A stretch of 64,000 nt of DNA, taken from contig OZ024740.1 of NCBI GenBank assembly GCA_964016885.1, forward strand, positions 315,208,001-315,272,000. Direction: 5' to 3'. Source of the DNA: Eledone cirrhosa. Taxonomy: Eukaryota. Made by a program: the position numbers and the translations under genes. Position 1 is the stretch's first letter. Each line of letters starts with the position of its first letter. The notes beneath the pieces were generated by a model. That model searched no databases. It saw only the letters and a program-made list of their open reading frames with translations, and was not told the origin of the DNA. Shown one piece after another: positions 1-13,502 of this stretch.

Positions 1-35
1 GTATATGTATGATATTTTCTGAAAATTTTCTACAA

Positions 36-70
<35 letters not shown>

Positions 71-705
71 CGTGTACTGACTCAAACATTTAGTTACATA
101 TACGTATATATGTATGTATGATTGTATGTATGTATATGTATGTATGATTGTATTTATGTATATGTATGTATGATTGTATATATGTATGTGTATGTATGCA
201 TATTTTTTGCACAAGCACGCACACGCACACATACACACACTCAAATGTGTACTGACTCATACATTTAGTGACATACATATTCGTATATATGTCTGTATGT
301 ATATGTATGTATGTATATGTATACGTATGTATGTATATGTATGTATATGTATGTATATGTATATATATGTATGTATATATATATATATGTATGTATGTGT
401 ATGTATGAATGCGTATTTTCTGAAAACGCATAAACACACACAGGCACAAACGCACACACACACACACAAGCATGTACTGATTCATACATTGAGTTACATC
501 CGTATTCGTATATACGTATGTATGTATGTATGTATGTATGTATGTATGTATATATGTATGCATATATACGTATGTATGTATATGTATGTATATTTATGTA
601 TGTATATGTATGCATGAATGCGTATTTTCTGTAAACGCACGGGTATACACACACACATATAAACACACACAAACGTGTACTTACTGATACATTTAGTTAC
701 ACAGA
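1..705. repeat. Compound minisatellite, ~200-bp unit x ~4, built from constant linkers plus variable (CA)n and (TATG)n tracts
   Basis: Linkers (gcg)tattttctg..aacgcac and gtgtactga(c)tcatacatttagttacat recur near 13/70, 198/247, 411/470 and 620/673. Confidence 0.8.
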
Positions 706-845
706 TACCTAAAAAAACAACAGATAAATAAATATGTAACAAAAAATGCGTGAGATGTATTGAAAGGGACACAATAATTGGCACGATGTTGAGCTATGTC
801 GGTTTAGACACGTAGAATATGTTGGTATAGTGGAGGTACGTGAGT

Positions 846-1126
846 GGAGGCGCGTGGTCTAGTGGTAAGGGTGTCGGACTTACGATCATAATGTTGTGGG
901 TTCGAATCCTGGACTGGGTTGTGTGCTGTTTTCTTGAGTAAAATACTTCATTTCACGTTGTTCCAGTATACTCAGCTGAAAATGAGTACTAGCAGCAATA
1001 GTTGGGGTTTAACCCTGCGATGGACTCGTGTCCTGTCCAGGGGGGGAGTCTTCTTCTCTCAATCGCTTCATGCCATGAAACAGGAATAAGCACCGGCCTA
1101 ACGAGCCTTCTGGCTTATGGAAGACA
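846..1126 (+). mobile_element. tRNA-derived SINE with CORE-like centre (family A)
   Basis: A box TGGTCTAGTGG and B box GGTTCGAATCC, CORE-like tcttgagtaaaatacttcatttc, tail aaccctgcgatggac...tccaggg. Second copy at 18054-18304. Confidence 0.85.
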
Positions 1127-1145
1127 TTAGAAGGTACGTAGTTTT

Positions 1146-1444
1146 GTGGTTAGGGTATTCGGCTCTCAATCGTAAGGTCATGAGTTCGATTCCCGGCGGC
1201 GCATTCTGTCTTGAGCAAGACACTTTATTTCACGTTGCTCCAATTCACCCAGCTGGCAAAAATGACAAGTACTTGTAATTTGAATGGCCAACGTTGTCAC
1301 ATTCTGTGTCACGTTGAATCTCACTGAGAACCTACGTGAAGGGTACGCGCGTCTGTGGAATACTCAGCCATTTACACATTAATTTCACATGCAGGCTGTT
1401 CCGTTGATCATAGTAACTCATTGTTGTAACCGACGGAGTGCCAG
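1146..1444 (+). mobile_element. tRNA-derived CORE-like SINE (family B, octopus OR-type)
   Basis: gtggttagg...gagttcgattccc (A/B boxes), tcttgagcaagacactttatttcacgttgctcc, tail ending gtaaccgacggagtgcca. Confidence 0.85.
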
Positions 1445-1509
1445 CAGTAGTATATATTGTAGTATGTAGCGTAGAATGTGAGATTTTAGTAAATTGATGA
1501 AGGATTGTG

Positions 1510-2043
1510 TCGACATGGCGTCCGGGTAGATGAAGGGTCTTTACCGGCAACAAGGTGATCTCATTACATCGACATGTACCCCGGGGTAGATGAAGGGTCT
1601 TTAGCGGCAACAAGGTGATCTCATTACATCGACATGTACCCCGGGGTAGATGAAGGGTCTTTAGCGGCAACAAGGTGATCTCATTACATCGATATGTACC
1701 CCGGGGTAGATGAAGGGTCTTTAGCGGCAACAAGGTGATCGCATTACATCGATATGAACCCCGGGGTAGATGAAGGGTCTTTAGCGACAACAAGGTGATC
1801 TCATTACGTCGATATATACCCCGGGGTAAATGAAGGATCTTTACCGGCAACAAGATGATCTCATTAGGTCGACATGTACCCCGGGGTACATGAAGGTTTT
1901 TTACTGGCAACAAGGTGATCTCATTACGTCAGCATGTACCCCGGGGTAGATGAAGTATATTTACAGGTAACAAAGTGATCTCATTACGTCGGCATGTACC
2001 CCAGGGTAGATGAAGTATATTTACAAGTAACAAAGTGATCTCA
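1510..2043. repeat. 60-bp minisatellite, ~9 copies
   Basis: Unit cccggggtagatgaagggtctttagcggcaacaaggtgatctcattacatcgacatgtac repeats in register from line to line, with the edge copies more diverged. Confidence 0.95.
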
Positions 2044-2152
2044 TCATATCATGGGAATGTAGACTGGGGAAAATTACACTTGATTGCGTCTCATTCAAAC
2101 ATCATTACATTCACGGAATCTGAATCCCTTTTTTTTTAAATATTTTATCAAC

Positions 2153-2154
<2 letters not shown>

Positions 2155-2183
<29 letters not shown>

Positions 2184-2771
2184 TGTATGTATGTATGTAT
2201 GTATGTATATCTGTGTATATGTATGTATGTGTGTATGTATGTATGTATGTATGTATGTATGTATGTATGTATGTGTGTATGTGTGTATGTATGTATGTAT
2301 GTATGTATGTATGTATGTATGTATGTATGTATGTATGTATGTATGTATGTATATATGTATCTATATATACATGCCTATATGTCTGTGTATATACAGGCAG
2401 GTATATATGTGTATTTGTGTGTGTGTAAAAGGAAAAATAGTTCACCTCCTCCCTCTTCCCCCCTGCCTCCTCCACCCCTCCTCGTCCACCCCTTTCCTCC
2501 TCCACCCACCCCCCCTCTCTCTCTTTCTGGCGGAGAATGTCAGTATTGAAATATGGATTTAAATATTTCAATATGTATGAAGTCATGGATGAGATGAACT
2601 ATACAGGTGAGCATGGTAACTAGAGGCTCTTGCCCTCACACCTCCCATACCCCATTGGCGATGGTGGTGGTGGTGGTGGCGGTGGTGGTGGTGGGGATGG
2701 TGGTGTTGGTGGTGGTGGTGATGACGATGATTGTGATGAATATGCCACTGACGATGACGATGACGATGACA

Positions 2772-2809
<38 letters not shown>

Positions 2810-2840
2810 AACGACGTCGGTGACGACGACGACCACGACT
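2155..2840. repeat. (TATG)n tract followed by (GGT)n/(GAT)n microsatellites
   Basis: Directly visible: 2155-2350 and 2661-2836. Confidence 0.95.
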
Positions 2841-3276
2841 TTGGCGCAAGGTCTCACATTTTTGAGGGCGGGTTGAGTCGATTTAATTCACTTCAGTAAT
2901 TGACTGCAACTTATTTATATTTTTGAAAGTTGAAAGAGATGAAAGGCAACACCCGACATTAGCGGGACTTGAACTTGGAAGGTAAAAGAATATAACTAAA
3001 TACTTGTAAGACATGTAGTTCGGCACAGTGTCCTTTCTCCCACTCCACCGCCTTAGCTACTAATAATTGTTTCTATCATAAGCACGAGGTCAGAAAATTG
3101 CAGAGATGTGTTTGTGGATTAAACCGACCCCAGCGCTTGACTGGTTCTTTACTTTAACAACTACAGAAGGATGAAAGGCAAAGTTGACCTCACCGGGATT
3201 TGACCTCAGATCTTAAAGAACCGATACAAATACCACAAAGCATTTTCTCCAACGTTCTATCCGTTCTGCCAATCCA
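2838..3276 (-). mobile_element. Two diverged tandem copies of SINE family C (Nin/Deu-like central domain)
   Basis: Reverse complement of gacTTTGCCTTTCATCC plus B box, e.g. gatgaaaggcaaagttgacctcaccgggatttgacc. Confidence 0.75.
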
Positions 3277-4874
3277 TATCCAGTTTAATAATTTCTACCA
3301 TAGGCAAAAGGTCGGAGATTCTTTTTCATTATTTCTAAGTAAAGGTAGGGTTTGATTTTGACCTTGGGGGACCAGAGACCCTACAAGTTTGGAGAGCCCC
3401 TCATACACACAAAAAAAAAGAATACACAGCAACCCCACCTTTCCCTCCAATTTTACATATCAAAGTCAGCTTGCGCAAGTAATGGGAATTGAAATGTTAT
3501 ATATACAGGTATTAAATTCAAAAATTCTAACCATCCTAAAACTAAAAAGCTCAGCTGAGAACACAAATAAATTGCTACGGTCGTCGCTGGTGAGGACCCC
3601 TTTCCCCCATTATATCCGGCCCTGGGTGAGGCGCAACGATATTTTAGAGTTCCACTGGGAAAATAAAGCGAGAGTGGAGAAGGAAATGCTACTTTCCCTC
3701 CCTCAGTATATTTGTTAAAGAGTGGGTGAATGTAGCGAAGATGGCCTGAGTGAATGGACCTACACTGAAAGTTCAGAGAAGAGAAGGACACCTCCCTATG
3801 GTGCTCTTGGCGATAGGGTGGTTACGGATTTGCTTTAGTAGCTCTATATAGACAGTTGGTTTTTACAATATGACATTTGGAAGTTCTAGGAAGTTCTAGG
3901 AAGTTCTAGGAATTCATCCTCTATTTCTTCGCTAATATTTTTTTCAGTCTATCTTTTTCATCTTCTACAGTCTCGATAAGCTCTTGTGTTTCATTCGGAT
4001 CACCGTAAAGTTCAGCCACTACGTGGTGTTGGTCATCTCCTCATAAGAGACTTCCAGCCTCTTGATTTCATCTAGGCTCACATTTTTTGTCTCTCTTTTA
4101 TACAACTAGTTTCCAACACTCCACTAGGTTCCATCTTCAAAAAACGACATTATGGCACTGTAGTTCGTAGCCTCCAGCTGCTGCTGTGTTGGAGGAGGAG
4201 ACACTTCGGCTTTTCAGTCGTCGTTGTTGGGCCACTAGTGCTAATGGAGCAGGGGATGCGGTAACTACGCTTGCATCCAAGAAATTATCCAAATATAGAT
4301 ATAGAAATAATAATATTCAGATTGTGGTGATTGAAAGCAGAAACAATGTCAGCGAGCTACTTGGATAGTTGGATTAATCCGTGGCCCGGTTGAGCATCAC
4401 CGTCATTAGGTGATTGACTTAATCCACCAACTGGTTCTTGAGTGTGTTCAGTGGAATCCGCAGTTACAAACATTTGGGTCAGATCTCTAATTTGAGGAAA
4501 CTTCCTCCTTCACTCCCTCTTAGAAGTCTCTTTTATTTAATTAAGTAATGTAGAATAACATTTTAAAAAATAGGTACTTTCACGCATATGTTACGTAAAG
4601 TATTTTAAATACAACAGAAACAAAACACACAGAAAAACACAGAAACACTGAAAAAACAACTAACAAAGAAAGCAACGCACCGCACGTACCCAGAACATAC
4701 AGAGTTGCACTCGCTTGTACATTAAAAGCATGTAATAAAAAACAACTACGACTGCTTGATATAATGACAATAATGATTTCTTTTAATAATATATAACAAT
4801 ATTGAACAAGTCAAAAACAAATGGAGGCAAAAGCTAACCAGCCACTCAGCCTTGCATACTGGCATGCTCGCGTG

Positions 4875-5075
4875 CACATACACATTTACACACACATGTA
4901 TACGTGTACATATACATTCACATACACACACACATGTACATATATACACATACACTTACATACACACTCACACACACACACACACACATTCACATACACA
5001 CACACAACTACCGAATCACACTCGTACATTGACACATACACACACACTATTACACCCAACTACGACCGAACATTG

Positions 5076-5108
<33 letters not shown>

Positions 5109-5204
5109 TTCTATTACACACAACCACGGCCGAACATTGACACACACACACACACACACACACTCACACACACTACTACACCCAACCACAACCGTAAATT
5201 GACA

Positions 5205-5258
<54 letters not shown>

Positions 5259-5495
5259 ATTACACCCAACCACGACCGAACATTGACACATATACACACA
5301 TACACTCTATAACACACTCTACCAACCCACACTCTACCACACACACTCTACCACACACACTCTACCACACACACACTCATATACACACATACACTCACAT
5401 ACACACACTATTACACCCAACCACGACTGTACATTTATACATACCCACACACACACCCACACACCCACACATACACACACACATACACACACACC
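4875..5495. repeat. (CA)n satellite with an interspersed ~33-bp constant unit
   Basis: ctattacacccaaccacgaccgaacattgacac and variants near 5047, 5111, 5172, 5256 and 5408. Confidence 0.85.
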
Positions 5496-5574
5496 AATGT
5501 CTGGGTTTCCAGTACGAAGGAAATTGATTGAAAAACAAAAAGTTTCACCGTGCATTGCAAAGTGCAGATTGTTC

Positions 5575-5710
5575 TCTTTTTCCTACATCTTTCTTTCTTT
5601 TTTCCTACATCTTTCTTTCTTTTTTCCTACATCTTTCTTTCTTTTTTCCTACATCTTTCTTTCTTTTTCCTACACCTTTCTTTCTTTTTTCCTGCGTCTT
5701 TCTTTTCTTT
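5575..5710. repeat. ~22-bp pyrimidine tandem repeat x ~6
   Basis: Unit ttcctacatctttctttctttt. Confidence 0.9.
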
Positions 5711-5895
5711 AGTTCGCCGTGTTAACTGCACTCAGTGATATCTCCAACAGAAAATATCATTCTGTTTCGTACAGAGAAACTCATTAGCTCAGCAAGTCTG
5801 AATGTTGCTGCATGAGGGGAATTGTCTGTGAAAAACACACACAAAAAACATATAAGAATGATAGTAAAATAATGTATGATAATAGTGATAGCCCA

Positions 5896-8022
5896 ACACA
5901 CATACACACATACATACACACACATACACTTACATACATACACACACACACATTCACATATATACAAACACACACATACACACATACACACACATACACT
6001 TACATACATACACACACATTCACATATATACAAACACACACATATACTTACATACATACACACATATACACTTACATACATACACACACACATTCAAATA
6101 TATACAAACACACACATATACTTACATACACACATACACTTACATACATACACACACACATTCAAATATATACAAACACACACATATACTTACATACATA
6201 CACACATACACTTACATACATACACACACATTCACATATATACAAACACACACATATACTTACATACATACACACATACACTTACATACATACACACACA
6301 TTCACATATATACAAACACACACATATACTTACATACATACACACACATTTACATATATACAAACACACATATATACTTGCATACATACACACATATACA
6401 CTTACATACATACACACACATTCACATATATACAAACACACATATACTTACATACATACACACATACACTTACATACATACACACACATTCACATATATA
6501 CAAACACACATATATACTTACATACATACACACATACACTTACATACATACACACACATTCACATATATACAAACACACATATATACTTACATACACACA
6601 CACATACACTTACATACATACACACACATTCACATATATACACACACATATACTTACATACACACACACATACACTTACATACATACACACACATTCACA
6701 TATATACATACACACACATATACTTACATACATACACACACATACACTTACATACATACACGCACATTCACATATATACAAACACACACATATACTTACA
6801 TAAACACACACATACACTTACATACATACACACACATTCACATATATACACACACATATACTTACATACACACACACATACACTTACATACATACACATA
6901 CATTCACATATATACAAACACAGACATATACTTACATACATACACACACATTCACATATATACACACACATATACTTACATACACACACACATACACTTA
7001 CATACATACACACACATTCACATATATACATACACACACATATACTTACATACATACACACACATACACTTACATACATACACACACATTCACATATATA
7101 CAAACACACACATATACTTACATACACACACACATACACTTACATACATACACACACATTCACATATATACACACACATATACTTACATACACACACACA
7201 TACACTTACATACATACACATACATTCACATATATACAAACACAGACATATACTTACATACATACACACACATACACTTACATACATACACACACATTCA
7301 CATATATACACACACATATACTTACATACACACACACATACACTTACATACATACACACACATTCACATATATACATACACACACATATACTTACATACA
7401 TACACACACATACACTTACATACATACACACACATTCACATATATACAAACACACACATATACTTACATACACACAGACATACACTTACATACATACACA
7501 CACATTCACATATATACACACACATATACTTACATACACACACACATATACTTACATACATACACACACATTCACATATATACAAACACACACATATACT
7601 TACATACATACACACACATTTACATATATACAAACACACATATATACTTACATACATACACTTCATACACTTACATACATACACACACATTCACATATAT
7701 ACAAACACACATATATACTTACATACATACACACATACACTTACATACATACACACACATTCACATATATACAAACACACATATATACTTACATACATAC
7801 ACACACATTTACATATATACAAACACACATATATACTTACATACATACACTTCATACACTTACATACATACACACACATTCACATATATACAAACACACA
7901 TATATACTTACATACATACACACATACACTTACATACATACACACACATTCACATATATACAAACACACATATATACTTACATACATACACACACATACA
8001 CTTACATACATACACATACACA
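5896..8022. repeat. Complex CA/TA satellite with higher-order units
   Basis: Blocks cacacacattcacatatatacaaacacaca and catatacttacatacata; the variant cagacata recurs about 320 bp apart (6921, 7242). Confidence 0.95.
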
Positions 8023-8244
8023 ATAAATAAAAATGCAAGTTTTTCTACCCCTCTTTCTCTACTTCTTCCTCATCATCATCATCATCATCATTATCATCGT
8101 CATCGTCATCGCCATTATTATCATCGCCGTCAACATCATCATCATCATCGTGGTTGTCGTCGTCATCATCATCATCATCATCATCATCACGACCACCACC
8201 ATCCACCGCCACCGCCACCTCCACATCATTATCATTGTCATTAT

Positions 8245-8437
8245 TGGTAGAGGGTCGGACGCCATGCTTTGCCGCATAGAGTTACGGCCCTTTATGGTCT
8301 GCGTTCAAATCCCGCTGAGGTTAACTTTGCCTTTCATCCTTACGGGGTCGATGAAATAAAGTACCAGTCATGCACTGGGGTCGATTTAATCAACCCCCCC
8401 CCCCGAAATTGCTGGCCTTGTGCCTAAATAAGAAACC
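8245..8437 (+). mobile_element. SINE family C
   Basis: gttcaaatccc B box, gttaactttgcctttcatccttacggggtcgat..aaataaagtaccag, tail gctggccttgtgcctaaa. Confidence 0.9.
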
Positions 8438-8571
8438 ATTATTAGAAACAGCACCACCACCACCACTACTACTACCACTAGGACCACCACGAGACACTAC
8501 TACTACTATAGACACTACTACTACTACTACTACTACTATTATTGTTTTATTAAAATCGAATTTCCTCTTAG

Positions 8572-11500
8572 CACGACGTCACCCCTAATCACAGACACCC
8601 CCGTCACCACTATTAACTATAAACCACCTCCACCAACACCACCACCACAGCCTCCATCACCACAACCACCACCACCACAGCCTCCATCACCACAACTACC
8701 ACCAACACAACCTCCATCACCACAACCACCACCAACACAACCTCCATCACCACAACCACCACCAACACAACCTCCATCACCACAACCACCACCAACACAA
8801 CCTCCATCACCACAACCACCACCAACACAGCCTCCATCACCACAACCACCACCAACACAACCTCCATCACCACAACCTCCATCACCACAACCACCACCAC
8901 CACAGCCTCCATCACCACAACCACCACCACCACAACCACCACCAACACAACCTCCATCACCACAACCACCACCAACACAACCTCCATCACCACAACCACC
9001 ACCAACACAACCTCCATCACCACAACCACCACCAACACAACCTCCATCACCACAACCACCACCAACACAGCCTCCATCACCACAACCACCACCAACACAA
9101 CCTCCATCACCACAACCACCACCACCACAACCACCACCAACACAACCTCCATCACCACAACCACCACCACCACAACCTCCATCACCACAACCACCACCAA
9201 CACAACCTCCATCACCACAACCACCACCAACACAACCTCCATCACCACAACCTCCATCACCACAACCACCACCAACACAACCTCCATCACCACAACCACC
9301 ACCACCACAACCTCCATCACCACAACCACCACCAACACAACCTCCATCACCACAACCACCACCAACACAACCTCCATCACCACAACCTCCATCACCACAA
9401 CCACCACCACCACAACCTCCATCACCACAACCACCACCAACACAACCTCCATCACCACAACCACCACCAACACAACCTCCATCACCACAACCTCCATCAC
9501 CACAACCACCACCAACACAACCTCCATCACCACAACCACCACCAACACAACCTCCATCACCACAACCACCACCAACACAACCTCCATCACCACAACCTCC
9601 ATCACCACAACCACCACCAACACAACCTCCATCACCACAACCACCACCAACACAACCTCCATCACCACAACCTCCATCACCACAACCACCACCACCACAA
9701 CCTCCATCACCACAACCACCACCACCACAACCTCCATCACCACAACCTCCATCACCACAACCACCACCAACACAACCTCCATCACCACAACCACCACCAC
9801 CACAACCTCCATCACCACAACCACCACCACCACAACCTCCATCACCACAACCACCACCACCACAACCTCCATCACCACAACCTCCATCACCACAACCACC
9901 ACCAACACAACCTCCATCACCACAACCTCCATCACCACAACCACCACCACCACAACCTCCATCACCACAACCACCACCACCACAACCTCCATCACCACAA
10001 CCTCCATCACCACAACCACCACCAACACAACCTCCATCACCACAACCTCCATCACCACAACCACCACCACAATCTCCATCACCACAACCACCACCACCAC
10101 AACCTCCATCACCACAACCTCCATCACCACAACCACCACCAACACAGCCTCCATCACCACAACCACCACCAACACAACCTCCATCACCACAACCACCACC
10201 AACACAACCTCCATCACCACAACCTCCATCACCACAACCACCACCAACACAACCTCCATCACCACAACCACCACCACCACAACCTCCATCACCACAACCT
10301 CCATCACCACAACCACCACCAACACAACCTCCATCACCACAACCACCACCACCACAACCTCCATCACCACAACCTCCATCACCACAACCACCACCAACAC
10401 AACCTCCATCACCACAACCTCCATCACCACAACCACCACCACAATCTCCATCACCACAACCACCACCACCACAACCTCCATCACCACAACCTCCATCACC
10501 ACAACCACCACCAACACAGCCTCCATCACCACAACCACCACCAACACAACCTCCATCACCACAACCACCACCAACACAACCTCCATCACCACAACCTCCA
10601 TCACCACAACCACCACCAACACAACCTCCATCACCACAACCACCACCACCACAACCTCCATCACCACAACCTCCATCACCACAACCACCACCAACACAAC
10701 CTCCATCACCACAACCTCCATCACCACAACCACCACCAACACAACCTCCATCACCACAACCACCACCAACACAACCTCGATCACCACAACCACCACCACC
10801 ACAGCCTCCATCACCACAACCACCACCAACACAACCTCCATCACCACAACCTCCATCACCACAACCACCACCAACACAACCTCCATCACCACAACCTCCA
10901 TCACCACAACCACCACCAACACAACCTCCATCACCACAACCACCACCACCACAACCTCCATCACCACAACCTCCATCACCACAACCACCACCAACACAAC
11001 CTCCATCACCACAACCTCCATCACCACAACCACCACCAACACAACCTCCATCACCACAACCTCCATCACCACAACCACCACCACCACAGCCTCCATCACC
11101 ACAACCACCACCAACACAACCTCCATCACCACAACCTCCATCACCACAACCACCACCAACACAACCTCCATCACCACAACCTCCATCACCACAACCACCA
11201 CCAACACAACCTCCATCACCACAACCACCACCACCACAACCTCCATCACCACAACCTCCATCACCACAACCACCACCAACACAACCTCCATCACCACAAC
11301 CTCCATCACCACAACCAGCACCAACACAACCTCCATCACCACAACCTCCATCACCACAACCTCCATCACCACAACCACCACCAACACAACCTCCATCACC
11401 ACAACCACCACCAACACAACCTCCATCACCACAACCTCCATCACTACAACCACCACCAACACAACCTCCATCACCACAACCACCACCACCACAGCCTCCA

Positions 11501-12330
11501 TCACCACAACCACCACCAACACAACCTCCATCACCACAACCACCACCAACACAACCTCCATCACCACAACCTCCATCACCACAACCACCACCAACACAAC
11601 CTCCATCACCACAACCACCACCAACACAACCTCCATCACCACAACCTCCATCACCACAACCACCACCAACACAACCTCCATCACCACAACCACCACCACC
11701 ACAGCCTCCATCACCACAACCACCACCAACACAACCTCCATCACCACAACCACCACCAACACAACCTCCATCACCACAACCTCCATCACCACAACCACCA
11801 CCAACACAACCTCCATCACCACAACCACCACCAACACAACCACCACCAACACAACCTCCATCACCACAACCACCACCAACACAACCTCCATCACCACAAC
11901 CTCCATCACCACAACCACCACCAACACAACCTCCATCACCACAACCACCACCACCACAGCCTCCATCACCACAACCACCACCAACACAACCTCCATCACC
12001 ACAACCACCACCAACACAACCTCCATCACCACAACCTCCATCACCACAACCACCACCAACACAACCTCCATCACCACAACCACCACCACCACAGCCTCCA
12101 TCACCACAACCACCACCAACACAACCTCCATCACCACAACCACCACCAACACAACCTCCATCACCACATCCACCACCCACACAACCTCCATCACCACAAC
12201 CACCACCAACACAACCTCCATCACCACATCCACCACCCACACAACCTCCATCACCACAACCACCACCAACAGCCCTAAATCTACGCCACCACTACAACCA
12301 GTACAATAAACCTAGCCACCCTACTAACTC
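8572..12330 (+). CDS. Candidate Pro-rich (PPSPQPPPTQ)n exon, unverified
   Basis: Acceptor tttcctcttAG at 8570-71 and donor ACTC|GTAAGT at 12331. Length 3759 nt (divisible by 3, phase 2-2). The frame starting at 8573 is open throughout, including the non-repeat flanks. Confidence 0.25.
8623..12270. repeat. 3.6-kb satellite of 15/30-bp units (acaacctccatcacc / acaaccaccaccaac)
   Basis: All indels are multiples of 3, since two minus-strand ORFs stay open for ~1200 codons. Confidence 0.95.
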
Positions 12331-12505
12331 GTAAGTATTATAAATACCATGAAAACTATTAGTAGCACCATATCTACATTATAGTTAGCTTTTAGTCAAT
12401 GTTCAGCACTTCAACTATCATTACATCACCACCACCAAATCATGTCCCTACCACCCCCACTGCCACTGCCATAGCTCTTCTATTACCATTAGCACGTAAT
12501 GCTAA

Positions 12506-12555
<50 letters not shown>

Positions 12556-12660
12556 GGGGGGGGGGGGGCGCAGTTGTGTGTGTGTGTGTGTAAGATTGAT
12601 TAGAATAACAGGAGGCCGGACTGTTGATGTTCCGAACCACTAAACATATATATATATATA

Positions 12661-12983
12661 TATTACTTTAAAATATTAATAAATATAGACATTCATGTGA
12701 TCAAATATATTTTATTATACATATTTCAGAGGTACTGTACGTCCTCATCAGATAAAATAAATTGATGTCTGACATACCTCAACTGTGCTGATGGTTCAAT
12801 TCCAGTCTTGGCACTGCCAAGACTGGAATATGTATAATAAAATATATTTGATCACATGAATGTTTATATTTATTAATATTTTGAAGTAATATTAATAACT
12901 CCAGAAAACCTCTTGGTTGAGTGCTTCTAATCTATTGTAAAACTTTATTCATTGATTAATCAATAAACCTTGTTAAACTTTTG

Positions 12984-12986
<3 letters not shown>
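12661..12986. mobile_element. PLE-type fold-back insert with hammerhead-like core
   Basis: Arms 12661-12724 and 12828-12891. Minus strand reads CTGATGAGG..CCTCTGAAA at ~12723-12750. TTGAGTGC at 12917. Flanked by (TA)n. Confidence 0.65.
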
Positions 12987-13045
<59 letters not shown>

Positions 13046-13126
13046 TTATTCCGGGTTCAATCGGAGGTAACCACAGTAAGTAAGGTACTCAATACATAGC
13101 AGAGTATAAATGTTTTAATATAGAAA

Positions 13127-13177
13127 AGCTTCTACAGGACTAGAACTGTTGCATTCGTGAGAAATCATCAGGAAGCT
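13127..13177 (-). ncRNA. Type I hammerhead ribozyme, family H1 (GAAA mutated to GCAA), within insert 13043-13202
   Basis: AGCTTC-CTGATGA-TTTC-TCAC-GAAT-GCAA-CAG-TTCTAGTC-CTG-TA-GAAGCT. Confidence 0.8.
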
Positions 13178-13223
13178 GACTGTCCAAGTAAATGTGGTGG
13201 TTATATATATATAATATATATAC

Positions 13224-13281
<58 letters not shown>

Positions 13282-13434
13282 GGAAAAAAGATGAAATCGA
13301 AAATGCAACTGGAGTATTTTTTTTATAAAAATACATATTTATTTGGTTCCTTTACCGGTTTCTCAGTTCTTCTGCTTTTCAAAAGTAGAGTTTAGATGGA
13401 GGGTTTGTGGTTTTTAATAAATATATATATATAA

Positions 13435-13500
<66 letters not shown>

Positions 13501-13502
<2 letters not shown>

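Noticed and set aside
846-915. tRNA gene
   Set aside because: A/B boxes are present, but the sequence continues into a SINE body and recurs elsewhere; no complete cloverleaf.
1510-2043. CRISPR-like array
   Set aside because: Contiguous 60-bp units with no unique spacers, no cas genes, and a eukaryotic context.
5812-8250. 812-aa and 716-aa His/Thr/Tyr/Ile ORFs
   Set aside because: Translations of a CA/TA satellite; indels are not constrained to triplets.
8613-12269. Minus-strand poly-Val and Gly/Cys-rich 1200-aa ORFs
   Set aside because: They have no ATG-led unique N-terminus and stop right at the repeat edge; they are antisense shadows of the triplet-phased satellite.
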